Shown here: positions 36,136-48,250 of the stretch, piece by piece
Numbering within the stretch: the first letter of the stretch is position 1
Layout: every line of letters starts with the position of its first letter
Notes under the pieces: model-generated
Told to the model about the DNA's origin: nothing
The model's database searches: none
What the model saw: only the letters and a program-made list of their open reading frames with translations
Made by a program: the position numbers and the translations under genes
NCBI RefSeq assembly: GCF_963576615.1
Contig: NC_088708.1
Location: 42,797,115 to 42,861,114, forward strand
Source of the DNA: Watersipora subatra
Lineage: Eukaryota
Reading direction: 5' to 3'
Length of the DNA stretch: 64,000 nt

Positions 36136-37280
36136 TATACTGCCCTGAGCAAGCAAAACGCTGTATCTTGATATTTGTAAATTGTTCAGCACAAGCACAA
36201 ACGCGTTTTGGTCAAGCCTGGCATCAGTATTAGCAGTATTTTAGTTGTTTTTTTTTATTTATTATGGTGAGATATCCAACAATTTTTACTGAATTTTTTT
36301 TTCGTGAAACTTTAAAATCAAAGGAGTTATTTCACTTAGGGCATTTTGTTTGCTTAAATTGACAATTTACTAAGCTGGCACTAGGCAATCAAAACGCCCT
36401 ATCACTGCAGATAGGGCCTTTTGATTGCTTAATTGGACTGGTTTCTCATTGTTAGTTTGCCACAAGACCATTTGCCATGACTGGATTATCAAAGGATTAC
36501 AAGTTTAAATTCTGATATTAACCCGCAATTAGTCAACAAAATGATATATGTTGCAATTCCTATTACTCATCCAGTCAACACATGGATTAAAACCCTGTAA
36601 TAGCCATATTTAGCTCAAAAGTTAAGAGATGATCAAAGATCTAGGTATCCTTCAAACCAGATGTCATGAAATGAAAGGAATAAGTAAAATAGTAGTTTAA
36701 AAAAGATCAAACGCTTTTATTAAAAATAATTTAAAGCAAACAACTGAGTGCAATAATTTCAGTATTTTAAAAAAGCAAAACCTTCCAATGGACATGTAAT
36801 TAAAACAAATTTTTCATCAAATCTCTGAGTCGGATCTTTAAATCGAGACTTTTGTCACTTAGATATCGTCTTGTCATAATAAATATATTATGATAAAAAA
36901 TATAGCAATAAGATTGAGCACTTAGAAGTGCACTAGCTTGTATGAGCTGCCTTGAAACAACCAAATATATATGCTTCAGTTTCGCTTCCCTTTGTTTATA
37001 TACTCTTTGATTACATAATGCTTTTCATAATGTCAAACTTTGTGTATGTTCAGGCCAATCAAAACGCTGTATCTGCAAATAGAGCGCTTTGATTGCCACT
37101 TTATGTGTGGTAAATGTGGATAGGGCGTTTTGCACATTGTGAAATGTGCTATTTCTGGTGGTCTCAGATATATGAAATTTTGAGACATGTTAGATCTCAA
37201 CCTAAATTACATTGAAGCACAAAAAAGTAAATCTTGAAAAACTTGTCAGATAGGGCGTTTTGCTTGCTTAGGGCAGTATA
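36136..37280. mobile_element. MITE-like element (~1.15 kb) with ~26-bp terminal inverted repeats and internal perfect palindromes
   Basis: The left end TATACTGCCCTGAGCAAGCAAAACGC matches the reverse complement of the right end TATACTGCCCTAAGCAAGCAAAACGC at 25 of 26. There are internal hairpins at caatcaaaacgccctatcactgcagatagggccttttgattg (36379-36420) and caatcaaaacgctgtatctgcaaatagagcgctttgattg (~37055-37095). Confidence 0.5.
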
Positions 37281-37611
37281 AAGTTGTGATAATGTATTAT
37301 TTTCATTGTAATTAACAAGTTGATGCATTTTAGTCGTAATTTGATACGGATTTAAACTAGAGGCTGAGTCATAAGTAAGTGACTGGAGTAAATGAAATCC
37401 TTTAAATTGTTGAAGCTTTAAAATCTATGTTTCAATTTTGTAGAAGAATATCGCAAGAGATAAAATATTACTGCTTCATAGAATTTTAGTAATGGGAGGT
37501 AGGGACACGGGTTTGCTGAAAAACCTAAAAACAACAGGCATCTTTTGCATCACTTTTTAATCTGCATAACATCTGTTTGGGCTATTAAAATTGTTTTGCT
37601 TATTTTGGTAG

Positions 37612-37692
37612 AAACCTGGTCACCGCATCCAAGCACTATATCCACCAGATGGAAAATGGTACGAAGCACAGCTGGACGCTTTCTTGAAGGGG
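37612..37692 (+). CDS. Exon-like segment encoding a Tudor-domain-core-like peptide (KPGHRIQALYPPDGKWYEAQLDAFLKG)
   Basis: It lies between a ttttggtag acceptor and a GTATGT donor, 27 codons with no stop. The peptide fits the Tudor signature [C/I]-A-x-Y-x-x-D-G-x-W-Y-[R/E]-A. A diverged copy lies at 31955-32041. Confidence 0.3.
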
Positions 37693-40342
37693 GTATGTTG
37701 CTGATTAACGGTTAGTTTCCACAAGAGCGTGCCACATTAATAAAAGTTTTATTTCAAAAAATTTATAAGAAATAATATTACTATAAAATCTATGTTTGAA
37801 TGCCATGGCACTGCATTTTTTAACCCTTCCAATTATAGTGGCAAAAATTGTCGATTGTGCTTCATAATATATGTTCAATCTTTATTAGCTTCAACTCTAT
37901 CTAAAACCTTTTTGTTATAGATTTTATTTTTCCAACACGTTAAAAAATAGTACTATTCAAAAAACTTAATGCATTCCTACTTCGTGCATTGCTAATGCTA
38001 TGTGAAGCTACGATCCCTTCAAATCTCAAAAAACAATGCTCTACCATGTTCCTTACTCTTACAAAAACTATTACTTTGACCACCATTGGAGTCACTATTG
38101 GAGCTGCTACTTTAATTATATGTGTAATCACTAAAATCTTAATCCGTCAGTCATCAACAATCATCAATAATGTTATCAACATAAGTAATTATCTGTTTTC
38201 AATTCTGGATGTACTTGCGAAAGCTATAATAGCACTAAATATTTCAAAAATCAGAAAGAACAAATGTTTCTTTTTATGTTGAAAAGTCCTAAACAAAAAT
38301 TTAAAATTGCTTCGTGAGTTTAGGGTAATTTTACAGGGAAACTTTTGGACAACACTGTCAATACCCTAAAAAGTCTTAAAGACTGTTAGTTATGTTGTCA
38401 ACGAATAATAAAATTAAGTTACTACGCAATTGCCAGGAAATTCGCAACATGCACATATGCCGGTCGTCCATTGATTTCGCCTAAATGCGCATGCAGCGGT
38501 GAAAGGGTTAATAAAATATTATGTAATCTCTAATTGAATCCCCATTCATTTAAACGCCCCTCTACTAGACCTGTACTATAATAGATGACGGTTAAAGATA
38601 GAACGCCGCCGTTCAAGTGAACGTTACTTCTTTTGAAAAAAACACATAAAAAACTATATAACACACAAACTAAGCTGTGATTCAGTGATAACATATACAC
38701 TGGGCGCTGAGCTTGCAAAATGCCATCGTTAACTGCTTATTCTAATGCTGTAGCATGTGCAAGAAATTTTAGCCTCAAATAGTAGTACAGATTTCATCAT
38801 ATTTGCTAAACCGTTTTTTCATATATGCCGAACTATCAAGGCCGCTTAAACAATAAAATTATTATCAGCCTGATAGAGTTATTAATTATTTCCACGGTGC
38901 TGCTTTCAAAGCTTTAACGAAAACACTGTAAAGCTTAGAAGTTAGAAAACTCGCTTCAATATGCATTGACAAAAGTATTAATTGCTATTGTTGTAACTGA
39001 GTCATTGTTAGTAAAAATTTGTCAACATTTTTCTATCCATCCTGTCCAAAATCGGATCCAAAGATCAAAGAATGTTGAAGTCGCAGTCAGCTGGATGTGG
39101 TTGTCAATTAAAGGGTGACACTCTAGTTTTCAACACTTCTAGAATAGCACTCGAATGAACATGGCCTTCAAATTAAGATTCTACCTTATGTCAATTTAGC
39201 TGTATTTCAGAATGTTATAATATTGGAGTTTTGGGTCAAGGTTAAAATAGCAAGCATAACTTTGCAAATATTGACGCAACAAGATTTTAGTTTTAAATAA
39301 GGCTCTGCTTTCATATATTTGCAAATCACTAATGCATGAATTTAAAAAAAGAACCCAAGGGTATATTTCTCTTTGTGTAGTAGCATCTAATCGAAAATGC
39401 ATTGATTTTAAATAAGTGCAGAGTGACATACATGGATTATCAACACCGAAGAGTGATTTTCAGACATCAGATTAAATGTGGGTGATGCTATGATAAGTGG
39501 CTTTAAACTAACACAATGTACTAGGGAACCAAGCGTGATTATTTTGCTGTAGCTCAAATGCAGTATAAAAAATAAAGGTGTCTAACTTTTCAAGTATTTC
39601 AGTCAAATTCGTTGCCTACATAAATGCTGACACTAGTCTTTGTGTTCTGCTGCTGTCAGGTTACAAAACATAGCTCTCCTAGTCAGAGGCATTTAGGTAT
39701 CTAGAGCAATCTAGGCATTAGTGGTTTCAATGAACACCTGAACAATGGTGTTTAACCACATTGCTTGACCCCATAGGTCAAGTATTAGCCTAATTAATGA
39801 CTCAATAAATAGCTACCCAGTCAGGTCACACTAAGCTTAGCAGCAATCGTTCTGAACACTGGCCATTGAGACTGCTCAATGAATGTTAATCCTGATCATT
39901 TCTCTAATAATTTGAAGCAAATAGAAATCCAAACTGCTCTATCGCATGCATGCAAGTGGCACACCATTTAGTTTCATAATTAGCTACTAAAGTAGTATAT
40001 AGAAGTGGTCATCAAAATACCTTCTACAGTATATGTGTGTTTTGAATAACAATACATTGGTTAAGTATTATATTACTAAATGAGAAATGACACTAACGAG
40101 CATTAATGTCCTTATTGTTCACTTGTATCTTAGAAACCATCAATTCTGTTTTGACTTGCAGCACGTAAACCAGCTTATTTAACTTTTGAATGGAGCTGAG
40201 CAATGATATGTGATTCATCAAAGCCATAGCTTATCAGATTTTTATAAATGATAATTCACATTATTTACTATTTCAGTCAGCAGAAAACGGTAAAGTGCAG
40301 AGGAAATAGCAGAATTTGACAAGTACTGGACTGAAAAATCAG

Positions 40343-40467
40343 GCAAACTGCCAACAAGATCAGTGTTGGATGCTAAACACTCAACGCTGCCTAACAGAAG
40401 TGTTACAGTGATTCGGGCTCGAGCCAACAACTTGCTAAAGAAGGCTGCGAGAAAAAATGCCAGCTGA
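40343..40467 (+). CDS. Putative terminal coding exon of an unannotated plus-strand gene (…GKLPTRSVLDAKHSTLPNRSVTVIRARANNLLKKAARKNAS*)
   Basis: An AG acceptor lies at 40341-40342 and the ORF runs to TGA at 40465-40467. An AATAAA lies at 40516-40521, ~50 nt downstream. A paralogous unit at 41691-41871 keeps the same reading frame. Confidence 0.35.
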
Positions 40468-41690
40468 ATTTTTTATGTTGTTGAACCTTCTTATTATCAT
40501 TGCGTTGTATTTGTCAATAAATGTGCTCTTTTTGAAGACTAAAAGAGACCAACTCCGCAGTAATGCACTTGTATAGTTATTTTGTATCAAGCAGTCTTAG
40601 CTATTATTTTATGTACAGAAAATGTGCATAAAACAATGACTATGATAGATAATACAATACCGACAATAGATATTATCTGTTGTACTGCACTGTACACTAT
40701 GATGTATTATTCAAGAAACAAGCTCTAAGATAAATTATAATAATTCTTTTAAAGAAAAACTAAATATAAGGAAATATGCCGCAGCAGCCAGTCTACTGAC
40801 AACTTACTGTCAAACCGACAAGCCCAAAAAATTACTTAGAACGCTGTGCTTGACTAAAAACAATCAGAAATTCACTACACAATGAGAAATATATCTTTTT
40901 GGGTCATTTTCCAAATTTAAGTGAATGTGTCTGAGTAGAATGTTCTATCAATTTCTTGACAGTTCAGGGCATTATTATTACTGGTAAAATGTGAATAATA
41001 GCACTCAGTATTACTATTGATCAATAAAACCACCCAAAGTCAAGAGATCTAAAGTTAGAAAAAATTTGGTACTGTGCTGGGTCCAGCCCGACTGATCATT
41101 GCTAACAATAAATTGCAGTAAGAAAGAAGTTTTGAAAAGCGAAAATGCCCTCAAGATAGAATGTTATTGTATTTTTATTGGCTCTCTATGTGACATTAAG
41201 TTTTTCCCTGGGTTCTACATAGGCACAATGGGCTTGTTTGGAATCTACCCAATTTATGGTGCTGTGGTATTGCGCAGGTTTTGCAACCTGACACTCCATT
41301 CCCGAGTGGGGAAATGTTTTTACTTAACGTTCTAAGAGTGGCTTAAGATGAATAGAAAGACATTGCTGTTATTGTATGTTAGATTGAGTAACTAAGTATG
41401 TTGTGCAAGTAATTCATATTATTACTGTAGATAATATGCACAGCAAGCAAAAATGTGTGTGTTTCATTTTAGCAATCACAGTAACTGAGTTGCGTCCATG
41501 CATTGTTACCAACTAATTTTTTTTAAGTTTTTGTATGCAGTGCAGCAGCGATATGTGACTGAATAAGAAACTATAACATAGACCATATTTACAAATATTG
41601 AGTTACATTATTCGTTTATATTAGTGAGCAGAAAGTTATGCAGCCTAAAAGAAAATTGAGAGTTCAAAAAGCCATGATTGGAAGATTGAG

Positions 41691-41803
41691 GCAAACTACC
41701 AAAAATGCCAGAGCTGTATACTGTTAAAAGAAATTGGTGTTTGAAAATTATAATGATGACTTATGCCCGAGCCCACAACTTACTCAAGAAGCTGCAAAAT
41801 TAA
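41691..41803 (+). CDS. Paralogous putative terminal exon (GKLPKMPELYTVKRNWCLKIIMMTYARAHNLLKKLQN*)
   Basis: An AG acceptor lies at 41689-41690 and the stop TAA at 41801-41803. An AATAAA lies at 41866-41871. The exon and its upstream ~70 nt are similar to the 40343 unit. Confidence 0.35.
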
Positions 41804-42069
41804 ACTGGCAGCAGGGTCTTCTTGTTGTTGAGGCTTTTGTAATATCGCATTAAACTTGACGTCTGAATAAATTTACTCCGTTTGGTGACTAAGCAACGAC
41901 CATTCTATGGTACTTGACTAGTTGAATTTTTTAGTATCAAGCATGGTGGCTGTTGTTGTTTTAAATACAAATTTATTGATTCCTACGTTAAAGTTTAACA
42001 TACTATACAATATGTAGGTTCTAACAACAATTATTGTTGTTTTATACAGATTGTTGTTTTATTGTACAG

Positions 42070-45000
42070 ATTATAGCAGACTCTTAGTTGATCTATAAGT
42101 GATAGCAACATCCCAAATTATATGTAAGCCATGGCACCTCTGCATTGATATGTAAGTTATAGCAACCTCCTAAATGATATATAAATAACAGCAGCTTCCT
42201 AATTACTATATAATTCATTGCAGCCTCCTAACTGATATATAAATAGTAGCTACCAACTATATAAAATTCAAATTATAGTAAACTCTTTTGTGATCTATAA
42301 GTCATAGCAACATCCTAAATTCTATGTAACCCATAGCAACCACTGCAATGATATGTAAGTTATAGCAACCTCCTAAATGATATATAAATAGCAGCAGCCA
42401 CCTAGTTAATATATAATTCATAGCAGTCTCCTAACTGATATATAAATAGTACTGTAGCTACCAACTATATGAAATTCAAATTATAGCAAACTCTCAGGCG
42501 ATCTATAAGTGATAGCAGCATCCTAAATTATATGTAACCCATAGCAGCCTCTGCAATGATATGGAAGTTATAGAAACCTCTTAAATGATATATAAATAGC
42601 AGCAGCCTCCTAATTAATATATAATTCATTGCAGCCTCCTAACTGATATATAAATAGTAGCTACCAACTATATGAAATTCAAATTATAGTAAACTCTTAT
42701 GTGATCTATAAGTCATAGCAGCATCCTAAATTCTATGTAACTCATAGCAACCTCTGCAATGATATGTAAGTTATCGCAACCTCCTAAATGATGTAAAAAT
42801 AGCAGCAGCCTCCTAATTTATATATAATTCATTGCAGCCTACTAAATGATATATAGATAATATCTATCAACTATGGAAAATTCAAATTATAGCAAGGTCT
42901 TAGGTGATCTATAAGTGATAGCAACATCCTAAATTATATGTAACCCATAGCAGCCTCTGCAATGATATGTAAGTTATAGCAACCTCCTAATTGATATATG
43001 AATAGCAGCAGCCTCCTAATTAATATATAATTCATAGCAGCCTCTTAACTGATATATAAATAGTAGCTACCAACTATATGAAATTCAAATTGTAGTAAAC
43101 TCTTATGTGATCTATAAGTCATAGCAACATCCCAAATTATGTGTAACACATGGCACCTCTGCAATGATATGTGAGTTATAGCAACCTCTTAACTGATATA
43201 TAAATAGTACTGTAGCTACCAACTATATGAAATTCAAATTATAGCAGACTCTTAGTTGATCTATAAGTGATAGCAACATCCCAAATTATGTGTAACACAT
43301 GGCACCTCTGCAATGATATGTGAGTTATAGCAACCTCTTAAATGATATATAAATAGCACCAGCTTTCTAAGTAATATATAATTCATTGCAGCCTCCTAAC
43401 TGATATATAAATAGTAGCTACCAACTATATGAAATTCAAATTGTAGTAAACTCTTATGTGATCTATAAGTCATAGCAACATCCTAAATTCTATGTAACTC
43501 ATAGCAACCTCTGCAATGATATGTAAGATATAGCAACCTCCTAAATGATATATAAATATCAGCAGCCTCCTAATTAATATATAATCCATAGCAGCCTCCT
43601 AACTGATATATAAATAATAGCTATCAACTATGGAAAATCCAAATTATAGCAAGGTCTTAGGTGATCTATAAGTGACAGCATCATCCTAAATCATATGTAA
43701 CTCATACCAGCCTCTGCAATGATATGTAAGTTATAGCAACCTCCTAAATGATATATAAATAGCAGCAGCCTCCTAATTAATATATAATTCATAGCAGCCT
43801 ACTAACTGATATATAAATAACTGCTATCAACTATGGAAAATTCAAATTATAGCAAGGTCTTAGGTGATCTAAAAGTCATAGCAACATCCTAAATTCTATG
43901 TAACCCATAGCGACCTCTGCAATAATATGTAAGTTATAGCAACCTCCTAAATGATATATAAATAGCAGCAGCCTCCTAATTAATATATAATTCATAGCAG
44001 CCTCCTAACTGATATATAAATAATAGCTATAAACTATGAAAATTCAAATTATAGCAAGGTCTTAGGTGATCTATAAGTGATAGCAACATCCTAAATTCTA
44101 TGTAACCCATAGCAACCTCTGCAATGATATGTAAGTTCTAGCAACCTCCTAAACAATATATAAATATCAGCAGCCTCCTAATTAATATATAATTCATAGC
44201 AGCCTCCTAACTGATATATAAATAATAGCTATAAACTATGAAAATTCAAATTATAGCAAGGTCTTAGGTGATCTATAAGTGATAGCATCATCCTAAATTA
44301 TATGTAACTTATAGCAGCCTCTGCAATGATATGTAAGTTATAGCAACCTCCTAAATGATATATAAATATCAGCAGCCTCCTAATTAATATGTAATTCATA
44401 GCAGTCTCCTAACTGATATAGAAATAATAGCTATCAACGATGGAAAATTCAAAATATAGCAAGGTCTTAGGTGATGTATAAGTGATAGCATCATCCTAAA
44501 TTATATGAAACTCATAGCAGCCTTTGCAATGATATGTAAGTTATAGCAACCTCCTAAATGATATATAAATATCAGCAGCCTCCTAATTAATATATAATCC
44601 ATTGCACCCTCCTAACTGATATATAAATAATTGCTATCAACTATGGAAAATTCAAATTATAGCAAGGTCTTAGGTGATCTATAAGTGATAGCATCATCCT
44701 AAATTATATGTAACTTATAGCAGCCTCTGCAATGATATGTAAGTTATAGCAACCTCCTAAATGATATATAAATATCAGCAGCCTCCTAATTAATATGTAA
44801 TTCATAGCAGTCTCCTAACTGATATAGAAATAATAGCTATCAACGATGGAAAATTCAAAATATAGCAAGGTCTTAGGTGATCTATAAGTGATAGCATCAT
44901 CCTAAATTATATGAAACTCATAGCAGCCTTTGCAATGATATGTAAGTTATAGCAACCTCCTAAATGATATATAAATATCAGCAGCCTCCTAATTAATATA

Positions 45001-45830
45001 TAATCCATTGCACCCTCCTAACTGATATATAAATAATTGCTATCAACTATGGAAAATTCAAATTATAGCAAGGTCTTAGGTGATCTATAAGTGATAGCAT
45101 CATCCTAAATTATATGTAACTTATAGCAGCCTCTGCAATGATATGTAAGTTATAGCAACCTCCTAAATGATATATAAATATCAGCAGCCTCCTAATTAAT
45201 ATGTAATTCATAGCAGTCTCCTAACTGATATAGAAATAATAGCTATCAACGATGGAAAATTCAAAATATAGCAAGGTCTTAGGTGATCTATAAGTGATAG
45301 CATCATCCTAAATTATATGAAACTCATAGCAGCCTCTGCAATGATATGTAAGTTATAGCAACCTCCTAAATGATATATAAATATCAGCAGCCTCCTAATT
45401 AATATATAATCCATTGCACCCTCCTAACTGATATATAAATAATAGCTATCAACTATGGAAAATTCAAATTATAGCAAGGTCTTAGGTGATCTATAAGTGA
45501 TAGCATCATCCTAAATTATATGTAACTCATCGCAGCCTCTGCAATGATATGTAAGTTATAGCAACCTCCTAAATGATATGTAAGTTATAGCAACCTCCTA
45601 AATGATATATAAATATCAGCTGCCTCCTAATTAATATATAATCCATAGCAGCCTCCTAACTGATATATAGATAATTGCTACCAACTATGTGAAATTCAAA
45701 TTATATCAATTTCTCAAATGATCTATAAGTTATAGCAACATACTTTATTATATGTAAATCAGAGCAGCTTCTAAAAGAAACAAGTTATAGCAAACTCCTA
45801 AATGATATAAGTTACGGCATCTTACTAAAG
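42070..45830. repeat. Satellite array with a ~203-bp monomer (202-208 bp), ~18 copies, degenerate at the 3' edge; it contains three ~40-bp subrepeats built around GCAGCCTCCTAA
   Basis: The anchor gatctataagt recurs at 42090, 42292, 42500, 42703, 42905 and onward. The variants agtGatagc and agtCatagc alternate, which suggests a ~405-bp higher-order unit. The array lies inside the BTBD terminal intron. Confidence 0.9.
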
Positions 45831-46129
45831 GGTATGTAAGCTATGCCATGCTATGTAATGTTTCCATTGTAACTATTACATAAGTTACAATGGTAACATT
45901 CTAATTTATGTGTAATTTGTAGCAATCTGCTAACTGGTAATCATTATTTTTGCTTACTCATTGAGGTATGAATTATTTTACCTTCAAATTGATATGTAAT
46001 TTACAACAACCATCTAGACATTCTCCAAGTTTTGACAGTTTTTCTAGTATGCATATATACAAAGTATGATAAGGCGATGAATATATATTGTATGATACCA
46101 TATTCTCTTAAAATTTCCATAAAAATATA

Positions 46130-46291
46130 TAATAATTAGGAGGTGAATAAATATATATATATATCTACAATGTAGATAAATTAGACCATATAGGAGGCTT
46201 ACCCATATATATTTGCGTTAACTCCTAATCCCTTATATTCCGCAACCTCCTAACTGGTATATATTTATTCAACTCCTAACTCGGAAATATG

Positions 46292-46325
<34 letters not shown>
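46130..46325. repeat. Cluster of CCTCCTAA and TAGGAGG motifs followed by a (TA)15 microsatellite, a mirror image of 30118-30440
   Basis: The motifs lie at 46130-46290 and (TA)n at 46296-46325. Confidence 0.8.
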
Positions 46326-46326
<1 letters not shown>

Positions 46327-46629
46327 TTCTCAAAGTTCGTCTTCTGTTCTTCGGTATGTCCAGCTATAGCTATTAAAATTTTGGAATTGAAATTTCGCAA
46401 TCTGCTGCACTTGAACTCACGAAGATTGCAACCGCAGTTTTGCAATAAAATTCTCTAACCATGAGACCGCGAAAGCTCTTACAATTCATCGCTCCTACAC
46501 CCAAAATAACGCACTATTTGAAACGCCATGCATTCTACTAACTCTATGAAACATGATGCTTTTTTGCTTTTTTTTATCGTGAACTTCTAATTCCGGTTTT
46601 TCGTGAAGTTCAATTACTGAATCGCGGTG

Positions 46630-47115
46630 AAGGTCAATACTTTTTATGCGAACAATTCGTTCGGTCAGACAAAGACAGTCCGATATCCCATTTTTACATT
46701 TGTACCAGTGTCGAGAGGTACCAGTGTCGTCGTAGTCAAAGCTTTGATGGATAGCTTATGCTGGAACAGTAACTTTTTATACACACACACTTCTATGCAA
46801 GAATTGTTATTATTAATTCAACATATTCAGGATTTTTATTTTGTTTTCTCAGTTCGTATTAATTGTACATATCATTACCAAATCAGCTTTTATTGTAATC
46901 GTAGCAAAACAGACTTAATTTAGCAATTACTTGCTAATTATTTCACATTTACATCGAAACTCTTTTATAGTTGTTTTATTTTGTTTCTTAACTTATTTGC
47001 CCTGCACAAAACATTTCCCTCATGATATGAAGATTAAAAGTTACAGTTGTTTGACAAAGTTAGAAAACCTTCACAGTTGTTACAAATAAATTTTCTGTGC
47101 AGACTTTTTTATTAC
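46630..47115. repeat. Right copy of the ~500-bp dispersed repeat, inverted relative to 28745-29310
   Basis: See the left copy. The two copies bracket ~17.3 kb that includes the 203-bp satellite. Confidence 0.6.
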
Positions 47116-47329
47116 CAAGGCAATGCTGGGTAGTACAGCAATGCTGGGTAGTACAGCTAGTCAATCCAAATTTATTAAGACATTTCTGACAAGCTGGAGG
47201 TAAGTTAACAGATTTAATGCATCCAAAAGGTTTAATATCGCTCCACCGAAAAAGGAGGACAAAATATAGGCAACATTCACGTCGCCCGTAAAAGGGTTAG
47301 AATTATCTTCCCAAAATTCTGAAAAGCCA

Positions 47330-47460
47330 TTTGAAAAATACAACGCCATTCTCTATTCGAACGCCAGTCTCTATTTGAACGTCACCTCCAACTGACCGCC
47401 ACTATGGAAAGGTTGAAAAATAGAGCGCCGTGGCATTTAATTAGAGGTTTTACCGTAAGT
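47330..47460. repeat. Second copy of the dispersed repeat seen at 6650-6800
   Basis: It matches 6650-6800 in reverse complement. Confidence 0.4.
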
Positions 47461-48103
47461 TAAATCTATAGTTTATGTTAGGTTACATAGCATAGCGTCA
47501 TAAAAGAGTAGCGTACCAAACGTGTTGCTGTCAAGTCGCTCTATCACAGTCGATAACCGCAACCATCTGCCTTGAAGGAAAGAATTCCGCACCGCACATA
47601 ATAATGTTCCATTGTATTGCAAATCATAACCACTAGATAGATATTTGTTAGTTTGGTGAACTAGAACAATTAAAAATACGTTTTCCATCATAAGACCTTG
47701 TTTTTAAACAGCTTTTTAGAGGATGGGAACGGATTAATTTGTATTTAGATATTTTTTAAAGGAAAAATTGATTTGAGCTATGAGAGAATTGATGTACAAG
47801 CACGGTCCCGGAACACCTTAAGCTTGTATGTCGGGGTATGACTGTATACAACTTTTTTAAAAATGGGATTCTAGTCAAAGATTTTTAATAAACAGAGTGG
47901 AGGTCACAAAATAAAGGTAATCTATGACAGAAGCGAGTTAAGTGGCACTTACATGCTTATTTTGATGATGCTAAAGAATATAATACCCTCTACTATCAAG
48001 AAAAATTACATTAGTTATTTAAAAGAAATTAAAATACTGTTTTCCAATTGCCTGCTATCACTAAACTTTAGCTAATAGAACATGTCAAAAGAGATATACA
48101 GAC

Positions 48104-48250
48104 CTTGAGAGTTATGGCTGCAATGTAGTGAACGCAGGGGAGTATTTCAACAGGCTCTTTGAACATCAATCGGAATGTTGAGCTGCTTCCATCGCATGAG
48201 AAAGATGCGTCTGTTGAGCCCAGTACCCTCTGTGTGTCAGCGCTCAGAAT
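48104..48250 (-). CDS. BTBD6: BTBD3/6 exon 4, PHR (ILSADTQRVLGSTDASFSCDGSSSTFRLMFKEPVEILPCVHYIAAITLK)
   Basis: It matches [49 protein letters not shown]. It is 49 codons between a cacacag acceptor and a GTCTGT donor. Confidence 0.8.

Noticed and set aside
32374-39480. Peptide HxRxIxRHQIK conserved between duplicated segments, as evidence of selection
   Set aside because: The underlying nucleotides are ~85% identical, so the amino-acid similarity is expected by descent alone.
42070-45830. Possibility of a CRISPR array (regular repeats)
   Set aside because: This is a eukaryotic locus. The units are contiguous 203-bp monomers with no unique spacers and no cas genes.
47161-47691. Minus-strand ORFs considered as the BTBD terminal exon
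   Set aside because: They have no similarity to the BTBD C-terminus, and the true terminal exon was found at 27185-27343. The 47330-47460 part is a dispersed repeat.
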